A stretch of DNA of 61,766 nucleotides, the filler included, from Sphacelaria rigidula (Eukaryota): the NCBI GenBank assembly GCA_964200075.2. It is 5 parts of 5 records of this genome, joined end to end, with 100 filler letters (N's around TTAATTAATTAA, not from the genome) between each part and the next. Parts side by side here need not be neighbours in the genome. Positions count along the whole stretch, not along the records: positions 37,122 to 49,394 come from CAXNAA020003938.1; 4 more parts are not named here. One strand, written 5' to 3'. Positions 37,844-49,494 of the stretch are shown here, in pieces. How positions within the stretch are numbered: the first letter of the stretch is position 1; every line of letters begins with the position of its first letter. Under the pieces are notes generated by a model, which worked only from the letters and a program-made list of their open reading frames with translations, searched no databases and was not told where the DNA came from. The position numbers and the translations under genes were made by a program.

Positions 37844-40800
37844 GCCTCTATCTAGAAGAGGACGTGTCCGCTTCTGAGGAGGCCCAACTGCAGAAAATGC
37901 AGTCAGCACCATTTCCTCTTCCAGCTGTGGAAAAATTGATCACCGATGGGGACTGGATAGAGCTGTTGACGAGCTTGATGCCATCTCGCAGTACTATCAG
38001 TGCACTTTCGCCTGCGCACATCGGGTGTTCGTGTGCCTTTGCGGCCCAATTGTCTGTAGTAATTACACCGCATTTTCTTAAACGAAACGTCTCCCCACGC
38101 CACGATATGAGACGCACCCGGTACTCAATGCAGTACAATGACGTCATCGCCAAAACTGGGCCAATCGACCAGCGGCGAAGCCGTGCGTCACCAGGTTGGT
38201 CTGCAGTTCACAGCGATATGCTCAAGTGGGGCTGATGGGAAGCTTGAGAAGTTGTGGTGTGATGTGCGCCTGTACGATTTACGGCTGGCCCAGCCCGAAT
38301 AACTCCATAGCCACAATGAGTTACAGTCCGAATGCCAACCTCGTTGAAGATGCTCCTCTCGGAAACCGTTTGATTATTTTGTGTCAGCGGTGGAATTTGA
38401 TGCCGATTGCGCTCAAAAGCGTTGAAACCCCCAGGCACAGCCGCCGCCGAGCGAAAAGCGAACAAATCTAAAGTCGAAGATCCGAACTTCAGAGGCGGTT
38501 CAGGTCATCCGTCAGATTGGCTGAAAACAATTCTCGGCGCAACCAACACGACCCATGGTACTTGGTGCGTACACGTACAAATAGTCGGGAGAACAAGCAC
38601 GATATCCTTGACAAACTTCGTGCGTTGAAAGGGGGCGAGGTAATAGGAAAGGAGCAGCGCATTCTATCTGGCTGTGCTGCTCCAGCAGCAGCAGTAGTAC
38701 CCGACGCTGCGTTGTGATCTAGCAGGCCGCTGTGCAGCCGCGAATATACAGGCCGCCCATCCCGCGCCAGCGGTGCATGTTCGTGACCGGCGCACAGGCG
38801 GCTGGGGCGAAGCCGATCCCCATTGTGGACACAGCGTGATAGTACTGTACTGTATGTGGGCGACAACACGAGGAGTGGATAAGAATACGGGCAAGTACAG
38901 CAAAGATATTGCCTACGCCCCCTCGTGGTGCATGGCTATCTGTGAATATAGGAGTTGGCACTACATGGGAGAGACCCATGTGCGTGGACTTAGTGCCTGC
39001 TGACGAGCGCCCAGAATAATTCAGCAAGATGCCCTTTGTCGAAGAATGATATAATTTGCATTCTGCTGTGTATACCGTACCCTGATAGCAGTCTCTCTGA
39101 GGTCGTGCCTTGGGGACTGTCTTGTCTTAGCACACCAATATTCGATCGAAATTGTGCGGTGGAAAACAAAAATCCCGATCTGATAGGCTGTGATTTCAAT
39201 CATCTTCAACATTTTTTGAAAGATGGTTGAAATCAGAGCCTATCAGATCGAGATTTTTGTTTTCCACCGCATAATTTCGATCGAAGACTAGTGTGCTAAG
39301 ACAGGGCCTTAGGCTGGATGTTGTGGCAAATAGATTTTCGACCCACAGATTGTTCACTTTTGGGACATTTAAGCCACTTTTTGACACCCAAACAGGGAAA
39401 ATCGCCAACACACGTCTTGGACACTTTGCATAACCCCACAGAGAGGAGCCTAGTCTGCTTTTCAGATTCGCTTGGCTCCGAGGTTCCGAGTTGGCCGTTG
39501 GTTTTCCAGGTTTGGGCGTCAAAAAGTGGCTCAAAAATCTGTTTGCCATATCATCCGGCCCTAGCACACTAGTCTTCGATCGAAAATGTGCGGTGGAAAA
39601 CAAAAATCCCAATGTGATCGATCGTGATTTCAACTATCTTCAAAATTAACGACACGCCCTTAGCACATGGGTTTTCGATCGAAAATGTGCGGTGGAAAAC
39701 AATAATCCCGGTCTGATTTTATTTGAATATGGTTGAAATTACGACTTATCAGATCGGGATTTTTGCTTTCCATCGCACAATTTCGATCGAAAACTAATGT
39801 ACTAAGACAGGCCCTGTGACGGTTCAAGAGACAACCAACTAGACTACTGACCAGTCAGCGCTGACTGGTCAGTAGTCTAGTTGGTTGTCTCTTGAACCGT
39901 CACAAAAGTTAGCACATCATTTTTCAATCGAAAAAGTGTAGTGGAAAACGAAAATCCCAATCTGAAGGTCGTGATTTCAACCATCTTCAAAATTTTCGAC
40001 GGTGGTTAAAATTACAACCCATCAGTTCGGGATTTTTGTTTTCCACCACACACATTTTCAAGTGAAAACTCATGTGCCAAGACAGGCCCGTGGCACTTTT
40101 TTTTTTTATCGAAAAAATAGGGCGGTGGAATCGATCTGAGCGAAATTTTCTGGTTTTGATGTAGTTCGATCCAGATAGATTTTCAACATTTCGATCGAAA
40201 AAAGACGGTGAAATACGTGAAACGGTACATGGTCACTCGTCTACAGTACAGACAGTCTGGACTGTCTGCACTGCCTGCAAGCAGTGTCTTGAGTGCTTGT
40301 GTGCGTGTTTCATACAGGAGGATATAAAAGAGAAGTGGGCAACGTGCAGTGCAAACAACCCAGGATTATTAGTTCTCTCTGCGTATAATCCGACGTGTAG
40401 AGGACTTAGGCAACGTGCAGCTTTGTACTACCATGAGCGTGCACGCAGCTTGGTTGCCCACCGCACCACGTAGTTCCGTCGCTGATCCCTACCATGAGAG
40501 AAGATGCGCAAGTTTTCGCCAACAAGAAAATAACAAAGCACACCCAACTACTGCAGTGTATCTATATCTGTGCTCAACTCGTGCTCTATGCTGCAGGGTT
40601 GCGGTGGTAGCTGATAATGAGTTGGATGGAGTTTACAGGACCCTGCAAACAGGTGTTATCTGGCGTGGTGGTCTGTAAGATAGGAGTCAAGTGCCGCTTC
40701 GTGCCTTTCAACCGCATGCTTTCGATCCAAGATGAATGTTTTTTGCCTCGAGCTATTCTTCTCCGGGCGCTGCTAATAATGATTTGAGTTGAAGCCTTCA

Positions 40801-41353
40801 AGGAACATAAATGCGATGGATATATCAGGTCGGCAAAAAAAAATCGACCGCACTTTTTCGATCGAAAAAAAAATGTGCTCAGACACGCCATAAGACAATG
40901 CGTCTCGATTCTTTTGGGATCCCGATTTGAAAAAATCGAGGGGACTCAAATTCGTGGGCTCAAAATCGGGGTGACCGTTCTAGACCTACTCTATCGCAGG
41001 CACGAATCTCGATTTTTTCGAGCACTGGGGGGGAAAAAATCGGGAAACGTATTTTATGGGAAGGATTCGGACCAAATCGGGGAGTCACGATCTTGGAACA
41101 TTTTCCCCCAATTTTTCGAAAAATCGGGGAGAAATCGTTCCGAGATCGTGATTCCCCCGCTGTTTTTAGATGACGTACGTGCATTGACGTACATCCGCAG
41201 AGTACGAGGCGTTTGATATTTTTGCAGCGGCAGCAAAAGGCAGTCTCGTGACAGCACAGGGCGTGCCTACTGCCCGCCCCAGCTGCTGAAGCAACTTCGC
41301 ACGGGGCTCAATAAGCGGATAATAAGTGCTGACGCCATACCCTACGGCGATAG
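37844..41353 (+). CDS. Putative multi-exon gene of unknown function (candidate exons 37844-~38024, 40318-40409, 40597-40674, 41228-~41353)
   Basis: Good pyrimidine/AG acceptors. 40318-40409 + 40597-40674 + 41228 splice in phase to EDIKEKWATCSANNPGLLVLSAYNPTCRGLRVAVVADNELDGVYRTLQTGVIWRGGLGSKRQ...; requires a GC donor at 40410. No domain recognised. Confidence 0.4.
39312..39560. mobile_element. Second Tourist-like MITE inserted in the multimer
   Basis: TIR GGCTGGATGTTGTGGCAAATAGATTTT / AAAATCTGTTTGCCATATCATCCGGCC; flanks TTA/CTA. Confidence 0.75.
39815..39904. repeat. Perfect 90-bp spacerless palindrome
   Basis: TGTGACGGTTCAAGAGACAACCAACTAGACTACTGACCAGTCAGC|GCTGACTGGTCAGTAGTCTAGTTGGTTGTCTCTTGAACCGTCACA. 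Confidence 0.95.
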
Positions 41354-43989
41354 TAGTATTTTATACTGCGCTCCGCTGCCATATGTATCACTGTAACGAA
41401 CGCTACTGTACTCTCCTAGCTGTTGTCGCTGTACTTGAGGGGTGATGTGCGGCACTGCACTACTGAACTCTGCTCGCGCACCGTTTGTTCTCTGTTCTCG
41501 CAATACCGGCTGTGCCATCATGTACTCCCACACGGCATTATCATGTACTGTGCTGATGTAGTGTCCTGCACTATATTTACCCTAGGTTACCAGGGTACGA
41601 CATTGTACTCGAAGGATTGTTTACTGCGTGCCTGCTCTTCGGCTTCATGCACGAGTACGCAGTACCACGCCCATGCAGAAAATGATGGTCTGTGTACAGA
41701 ACTGTTTCACAAATCTGCGATACTGTACTCTCTGTACCATAGAACGGTCCCCCCGATTTTGGGTTCACGAATTTGAGGTACCCTCGATTTTTCAAAATTG
41801 GGATCCCAAAAAATCGAGATTCGTTGCCATGAAAGCGGGTATAGGGAGCCGTCTGACTCACGAAACGAAAAAATCAACCTGTATCATGTTTTGGAGTTCA
41901 TTGTGCCGTAGCGATTCCCGCACAAAATTTCAAACTACAACTGTCAAACCTGAGCCGCTATATCCTCTGCAAAATACTGTTCCGAATTTCGATCGGGGTT
42001 CTAAATCGCTCATTCTCACCTCAATTTTCAAATTTGGACTTTCAAATTTGGTATGGAGAATTGCAGGGCATAATGAAAAATTACGTCGGGACAGGAAGAA
42101 TTTTCATGTGTGAACGGACATTTCACTGACAAGTAGATATTGATTATTGCCTTCAATACATGAAAAAAACAGTGTGCCGACGTTATTTCATCAACCGTTT
42201 GATAATCTTCGATGGAAAATTGACGATTCACAATTGACGTTTTTCGGGCAAGAAAGTGTTGTTTTGTACAGCCTTTAAGCAAACGATTCAGCCAAAGCGT
42301 GTTTTCAGACCCGTGCGAGTGAAACGTGAAAGAAAAGAAGATTCCCTATTATACGGGTATGACGAAGTGTTCGACTCGTCGGTGTTTTCTAAGCACGGCT
42401 AGAGCGCACGGCAGGCCTCCGTGAAGTAATCTTCACGCCGCATCTGCACGCCCCTCCCCTTGCAGTTGGTGCTTTGTGCCGCATCATAGCAAGCCTGTGC
42501 CTAAGTTGCAGTGACAAAGGCAACGCCGACGGCACATTTACCTCTGTTATGCCCCCGTCTACTGTCTGTATTCGGAGACAGTCACCGTCAGACCCTGTGG
42601 GGATGTGTTTACCTACTCCTCTGTACTGCGTGCGATCATGATATGTTTGACTTCTTTCACGTCTAAACTCACGTCATGCACGTTACTGCTGTAGTGAAGT
42701 GTGTTTACTGACTGTACTTGTAGTTGGGTGAGCTTGGTTGCGAAAGGCTGCCCCGGTCGGTTGTCGACCGTTTTCTCGTATATCGCCTGTCTGGACGCTT
42801 GCAATCACGTCCGCCTGGTGTCTCCTACATCATCCTGCGTGCCTCGCAGCGTTTTCTCTTGCCGCGGTTACTGTATTGACGTTCGGTAGGCGAGTGGGGG
42901 GGGGGGCGGTGTGCGCCGGGGGGCAATGGGCTGCCCCAACCGCTCTTGTAGCTTGTGCGAAACGTCCAGCAGCGTCCTGCCCATGCTTCTAAGCCACCCC
43001 TTCCAGCTGAACGTGAATTGCATATGGGTCACTCTTCAGCGCTTCCATATGTGGTGACAGGATTTCAACTTGCTCGGCCATGTCATTATCGCCGTATGGT
43101 GTGGCTTCCTACGCTCGCCAACTCCTGATGATGCAGCCTACAAAAACGGTGCACGAGTCTAATTTCAAGAACACTCGTGCACCAGTCTAAGATCAAGTAT
43201 ACTGATGTGGCATATTCGTGCACCGAACTCAAATTGACGTTTTCCCCACTGACGAAGACCACATATTATGGGAGTTTGTACTGTTTTGCGAGAGTGCTGT
43301 CGATGCATACGATTGGACGCACTTCGCCCGTTGTGTGGTATTATTGGACGAACCCAACCCGATCGCTCCGGGGCTTCATTTTCGGTGCATCCATTACGTT
43401 TGCTTCTGGAGTCTTCTTCGGTCTTTCACAGTAAGAATGGTTGCCGTCGGTCTCTTCTGTTTCCATGTTTTCTTCTTCATCAGAACTTAAAATAATGAGG
43501 CGTCTGTCCCGGGGACGGGACGGGAGGGTTCCAATAGGATTAAGCCGTACATTCAACGGTCATTTTACTGAGAATTGGATAGTGATCATTGCCTCCAACT
43601 CATGGAAAGAAGAACAAACCTGTACCGACGTAATTTTGTTAAAATGCCCTGTTCACTTTCATACCAAGTTTGAAAGACCAGCTCTGAAAATTGAGGTGAG
43701 AATGAGCCTGCAAGCTACAGATCTGATTCTATGCTGGCCCAGCACGTTTAGACAAGGTGCTCTGAGACAAGACTAGTGAAACAGCAAGTAGTTCATGTGT
43801 CAGGAAACACCCTTGGACGTTGTTAGATCATATCGCCTCTTCTACTCTCAAATACCCGGTGCAGAGTTGACGATATCTCTATCCACAAAAGCTAATGAGA
43901 CACCCCTACTTGTTGCGGATAGCCGAGACGCATATCTATCAGTGCATTGAGCTCTAACGTAGCGCACCGTTGTTGCAAATGACACAGCT

Positions 43990-44760
43990 AGGGTAAGACG
44001 GAAACCCCGAGATCAGCAAAAATCATACTCTTGTGTGACGTGAGGCTGATAGCACAATCTGCGCCTTGAATGATGGCTACTGGCATGCCCCACTTGTTTT
44101 TGGAGGTATACGTTATACAGTACAGCGTGAGTTCTGTCCGTTCACGTTTCAGATGCCAAAATGGACAACGACCATCGCGTTTGTACCACAAGCGTATCTG
44201 TTGGGCCAGCTTGTGGAAAATGCCCATCGTCAGTTGTGCGCTGTGATGCGTAGAATTGAGCCAAAGTTTTTGGAAGAGGTAGCTGTTGAGGTGGTCTGTC
44301 TTGTAAGGCCCCGCGATTGTGGTTTCGTATCCCACGTAGTCTGCTGAATCCATCGTGTTATGTTTTTCGAAGGGTGAGGGAACGTGATACTATTCCAGGC
44401 CCAACACTTCCCTGCTTTACAGTACGATGTACGATCGGTGCCGATATTGGCCATATAAGCAAACACCCCACTCTCCGAACATGCGACCCGCCCTAAGCAT
44501 GCCCTACTGCACACGTTGCGCCGCTTCGTCACACATGAATGGGTGGCGAAGAGCTGTGTTGTGCTCCCTACACGCGCTGCACCGTCAGTGACGTCAAAAG
44601 GCAGGTACTCTCCGGTCTAGGCCACGCTTGTTTCGTTCATCAAATAGATGATGCAACTCATGCTGCTGATCATGTAGGAGTTTGTTCACCAATCCCCGCT
44701 TACTTAAAACTGTTGACTTGTTATGGTGAATAGAGTAATGCTAGGCCACATATCCCCGTA
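43990..44760 (-). pseudogene. Decayed Ulp1/C48-like cysteine protease, probably transposon cargo
   Basis: Motif order GDW*TNSYMI ... AYMANIG ... CWAWNS ... GPYKTDHLNSYLF parallels WLND..I / N...HW / YDS / PQQ.D..CG.F, with stops and frameshifts. Confidence 0.3.
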
Positions 44761-44769
44761 GTACAGGTA

Positions 44770-45100
44770 CATGCTGTTGGTTGTGTAGTTCATTTTTTTA
44801 TTCCTCAATCACTCTCCCTCCGCAGGACGAGGCGATAGTCTCGGAGATCAATCCATGTCGCCCCCGACACTTGAGCATCCCTGACATTTTGGTGTTGCCG
44901 ACTGGGTCAGTACTCCCGCATTTCGCCGACTCTCGTCAATTTTTCTTGCTACTCGTGTCGTCACGTTTCCAACCACGGAGACCAGGTTCTGCTCGAAAAC
45001 ACCGTATATGTGGGGATTCGAACCCTCAACCTCGCGTCCTAACTAGGGCGCGGCCGGCATAAACATGGAACGTGAGGGTGTACCTACTGATTACTTGGTG
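44770..45100 (-). mobile_element. SINE family 2 copy
   Basis: Minus-strand B-box GGTTCGAATCC followed by CGGTGTTTTCGAGCAGAACCTGGTCTCCGT, matching 20635-20690; A/CAA-rich 3' end. Confidence 0.55.
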
Positions 45101-45489
45101 TTTATGCCGGCCTGTACTGACGAACGTCGCCCTTTCGTGGATGTACAAACGGTAAGGAAGTGATCAACCATGCATGCTACTTCCGAACCTTCCACGCGTG
45201 CGCAGGTACGACAATCACTCATTCTGGCGAGAAGTGAAAGGTGAACAGGAAAATATCAGCCATACCTGCATGAAATTCGTCGATTCGAAATCGTCAGGGT
45301 AGATGTACCAAATGCCAGAAGGGTTTACCCGGCATGTGCATGCACACTATGCACGTCTGCACATCACTATAAAGTATACGACAGTGATCAAACCTTTTCG
45401 TACACCCGCTTTCTCGATCGTCGTCGTCGCCTTGTTTACCTCGCATCTTTTCTCCGCACGCGCACGGTGCAATCAATCCATGGAGGTAG

Positions 45490-46236
45490 GTCCGGGGCTT
45501 ACACGAAGGCGACGTCGTATCGCACGTCGATGGCCAACGACTTCGCGGCTCGCTGCGAACGGCAATCACGTGCGTCCAGGACGCAGCTCAAAGGGAGACG
45601 ATCCAGCTTCGCGTTCTAAAATCCTCGGAATATGACAGCAACAGCAGCTGCACCAACAACTTGTCCCGCAACAGGAGTAGCCGCGGTCGAAAAAGATCGA
45701 AAAAGTATCGAGTGGTACAGCATCTCGTTCGTCAAGGTGATTCTGTGGAGGGCCTAGCCGCGCAGTACGGCACGACGACGGAACAGATACGGTCGGACAA
45801 TAGACGCCATTTCCCGGTCGGAGAGGCCGGCTTCTTGTGCCCGGGGCAAACGCTCATGCTACGCGCAGCACTCAGCAACGTACCACCTGATGATGGTATG
45901 AATACGCATGGGTATCCTGCCCAGGATGCCTATCGCAAATGCAGCAGCAGTACGAGCAACAAGTTTGGTTCGATGCGCGTCGGAACAGAGAGGGGTTTAC
46001 GAAAAAGCCAGGTACTCTATGAAGTTCAGGAAGGGGATTCGCTTGAGAGTATCTGCGCCCGTCTTGGGGCAGATGAAGCCGAGGTGCGGCGGTGCAATCG
46101 AAGAATGTTTCCGGTGGGAGAAGCGGGCTCGCTTGAACCCGGCAAGCTGTTGACAGTGTTCGCATCAGAGTGTCACTCCCTCGTAGCCGGAAAAGGGTCG
46201 GAATACCCGCGCACGGGTGAAGCGCCGGGACCGTAA
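45490..46236 (+). CDS. Terminal exon: C-terminal half of a PDZ domain plus two LysM domains
   Basis: The frame of ORF 45661-46236 stays open upstream to a tag| acceptor at 45489 and reads VRGLHEGDVVSHVDGQRL...ETIQLRVL (PDZ GL..GD.I..VDG). LysM1 HLVRQGDSVEGLAAQYGTTTEQIRSDN..PGQTL; LysM2 YEVQEGDSLESICARLGADEAEVRRCN..PGKLL. Confidence 0.8.
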   Translation, partial: VRGLHEGDVVSHVDGQRLRGSLRTAITCVQDAAQRETIQLRVLKSSEYDSNSSCTNNLSRNRSSRGRKRSKKYRVVQHLVRQGDSVEGLAAQYGTTTEQIRSDNRRHFPVGEAGFLCPGQTLMLRAALSNVPPDDGMNTHGYPAQDAYRKCSSSTSNKFGSMRVGTERGLRKSQVLYEVQEGDSLESICARLGADEAEVRRCNRRMFPVGEAGSLEPGKLLTVFASECHSLVAGKGSEYPRTGEAPGP

Positions 46237-48344
46237 GGTTTGAGAGTCATGGAGAATATGTTGTTGACTGATGGTTGATTCCTGCTTGGATTTACTTCCG
46301 GTGTCTCAAAAAGTTGGAAGCCTTGGTGCTCGGAGACGGCGGAAAAAATCTTACCCTCGGTTTTACTGACCCGACAACGCTGGCATGTGTGAGGTGCTAG
46401 TTTTCCTGTTTTGTTCCCAGGCGTGAAGTGTAGTGCGGTACAGTAGATGCAGACCGTAAACGCAGTATACGTTAGGATGGTATAGAAGAGTAGATACAGG
46501 TCTGTTTCCTCACTTGACGGCGCACTACTCGGCCACGCCAGTTGGAAGGTGGCGGCGTGCGTTTGCCTTCTGCCTGTTTCATAAAATGTCATCTTAGATG
46601 TAGTTGCAGCGGGCGAAGTTGTCCCTCACGTCCGGTGCGTGGCGGCCCTTACCGCAAAACAGACGTTTTCATTCTGTGCCGATGTACGCACTCAGCCCAG
46701 TGTTTTTTTTAGTGTAAGAGTTGAGGATAGTAATGTTTTGAACTTTGGTGGTGTAGAGGGAGTGTATATGCGGGCTTGTACAGTACAACGCAAGTGGGTA
46801 CGTTGACGCGTGGCGTGTTACTCAAGTTGACTCATGTCGAGCACGTCTTGCGATGGTTTTATTTACGTGAAAAAGGTGAATTTCGGAAGCGTCGTTGCGG
46901 CCTTCATGGGGCTGACAGTGCCGCATGTGCGAACGTAGTCAGAATTACATCTCGAGATGCTTTGTACGTTTATGCATCGTAGGAGAAAGTTAATGTACTG
47001 CAATACCATCACTGCCCGTGCAGCCTTGGTACCTCAACAGCCGTTGCCCCCCCCAGGGTTCATCGTTTTCCCCTCACAGCAGGGATCTTGTGTCGAAGTT
47101 CGGTGTCGATAAATGAACGTCCCCAACAACTTCTTCGACTGGTTGCCGTCATTGGAAGCCCGCGGATATGAGCTGTAAAACAATATATCATTACTGCACA
47201 AGGTTTTTGGCGCTTCGCGCCACCGCTCAATGGAGCGTTTGCCAAGGCAAATAATAATGTGGAATGTTCGGCGCTGAAGCTGTGATTTAGCAACAGTTTC
47301 AAAATGTAAAGAGAAGAGTGATGTTCGGAAGAGGATAAGCCCTTGTGTGTGGGCTGGCGATCGCATGCACGATTTTCCCATTCGGGTTGTTCATGGGTCA
47401 TGATGAAACTGCACAGAAAACACCCTTCATCCCTCAATCACCGATGAGAAGATAATCGTTATCGGTCAAAAGACGTCAATGCGAAGATCTCACAGAAGAC
47501 ACTGATTCTGTACTGATCCTGTGCATACTCATGGTTGATTATACTGTACAGAACACACCACGGCTCAGGGTATAACGGCTGAAAAGATTCATTGGAGAAC
47601 TCCCAGACCACCACAATCCGAAGACACGTGTCATCGTGCACCCAAGGGGCTGCAAATAAGCGATGCGCCCAGGCGCACTTCCGCGGTACTCCAGGCCCAA
47701 GTCTCACGGGTCCAAGTCTGATTTGAGTAAAAAAATAACGCAGTCCGACTGGAAACTTGGTGGAAACGCCGCATCCGAGATGCCTTTTTTTGCGGTATGA
47801 AGCCTCATTTCACTGGATAATCATCACTTTACATTGGAGATTACCAAGTCGGGGTATTAGAGACGGGTTATCAGGAAGGCATTTCGGGATCGTGGCTACG
47901 TTGTAGAATTAGTGAAGGTTGGAAGGACTGCGACCGAATCGGCCAAAGTCCGTCTTCGCAAACGCCAAATAAATAAATAAATAAAGTTGCCGCACTTGGA
48001 CCGAAGGGTCCCGACCAACGACGCATAACAGTGGATCCTGGAAAATGGGGTCCATCTAAAAAAAGAGGTTAAAGTGGCATTTCTTTTTTGCAGAGATGAC
48101 GCGAAACACTTACGACCGAGCGAAGCCATCTTCCCCCCAAATATCCGCAGCAGATAAGCAGCTGTGGATAGGTGCACCTAACGAATGCGGTGTATACGCG
48201 TGTCGATGACGATATCACCATAGAGAGAAGCAACGACAGAGAGGAAGCTCCTCCCCCGTGTCCTTTGTGTGTCCTCGCTCGGCGATTACCAAGCTCTCGA
48301 GAGACTGACATCATCGATGCTCTTTCACCAGCATGTGCCAAATT

Positions 48345-48886
48345 TACTTTCGTCTGCTCAGAGGTGGTCACGGTAGCAAACTGCCCCGAAGTCGCAACAA
48401 CACCTATGAAAGCTAGAGAGTTTAGTTTTTATGAACTGCATCCACACAATTCAAACGGCTCTCAAAACCTGAGGGAGGACCGCTTCCCTGTCCCCCAGCC
48501 AGGCAATGATGAACGAGGAAATACTTTTTACAGGCGGATACAATACAAATAGGGGCCCGGAAAAGTTTATTTCCATCAAAATCCGTGTTTTCCAACCTCT
48601 AAAGCGTTCCATGCGCATTGTTTTCTAATACGAACGGTAACTTGTCGATTTCTGTTCCGTTCTTCGAGGGCTGCCTGATGCCGATCCCAGAAAAGTTCGG
48701 TATTGCTGTTCGATGGTTTCTTCGGATGTGCAACTGGACCCGAAGCGGCCACTTTCCCTCAGGTTTTGAGAACCGTCCGAATTGTGTGGATGCAGTTCAT
48801 AAAAATCAAATTCTCTAGCTTTCACAGGTGTTCTTGCGACTTCGGGGCAGTTTGTTACCGTGACCACCTCTGAGCAGACGAAAGTA
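48345..48886. mobile_element. Inverted repeat pair (~140-bp arms, ~255-bp spacer)
   Basis: 48345-48488 is the reverse complement of 48742-48886; both strands give FVCSEVVTV.NCPEVA..P.KAREF.FYELHPHNS. Confidence 0.8.
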
Positions 48887-49394
48887 CGCGCGGTAGAGCA
48901 ACGAAAGGTAGCTATGATCCGGTTCGCCTGCCGTACCGCCGACAGCGCCGCGTGAAAGCCACAAGACCCTTGCTGTCGGCGATTGATGGCGTGGGTCTCG
49001 AATGTAACGACATGCGGTTGATCGTAGAGCACTCTCGTCTCTCCTCCCAACTTGTAATAATGCATGGCCTCCTGACATCGGAATAGTTATTACTTGTGGG
49101 AAGCTACTCGTACTGTACTGAGCTGTTCACACGACCAGCGTGTGCTGCAGATTGCCTATGCGCCACGCTAGCAACAGTTAGGTCACCACCATAGGTATAT
49201 TGTTTCCCTCCGCATGTCAAAAAGCTCTCTACAAGTGTTTGACCTCCCATACCCCCCCCTCAATTGGCGTGTGGCGAGCCCTTCTGCTCGGGCACCCGGT
49301 TTGGGGAGGTCGGCGAAAATCAACGATGAATAACACCCCCTAAGTTCAAACTGGATCTTTCTGTTATTGCCGCAGCACCGCCCTTGCTGGCATG

Positions 49395-49494
49395 NNNNNN
49401 NNNNNNNNNNNNNNNNNNNNNNNNNNNNNNNNNNNNNNTTAATTAATTAANNNNNNNNNNNNNNNNNNNNNNNNNNNNNNNNNNNNNNNNNNNN
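49395..49494. other. Artificial contig linker
   Basis: N44-TTAATTAATTAA-N44. Confidence 0.97.

Larger units (their letters stand above)
39112..40200. mobile_element. Tandem/nested multimer of a hairpin MITE (GGGCCTGTCTTAGCAC...GTGCTAAGACAGGCCC; PIF/Harbinger Tourist-like)
   Basis: Three full ~170-195 bp hairpin units plus partial ones, each with TTCGATCGAA..GTGCGGTGGAAAAC arms. Another arm lies at ~40830-40890. Confidence 0.8.

Noticed and set aside
39112..40200. CRISPR-like repeat-spacer array
   Set aside because: Units are ~180-bp inverted hairpins with TIRs, not 25-45 bp direct repeats with unique spacers; no cas-like ORF
43185..43210. U2 snRNA-like CTAAGATCAAGT
   Set aside because: Only a 12-nt match; no branch-recognition sequence or Sm site in place
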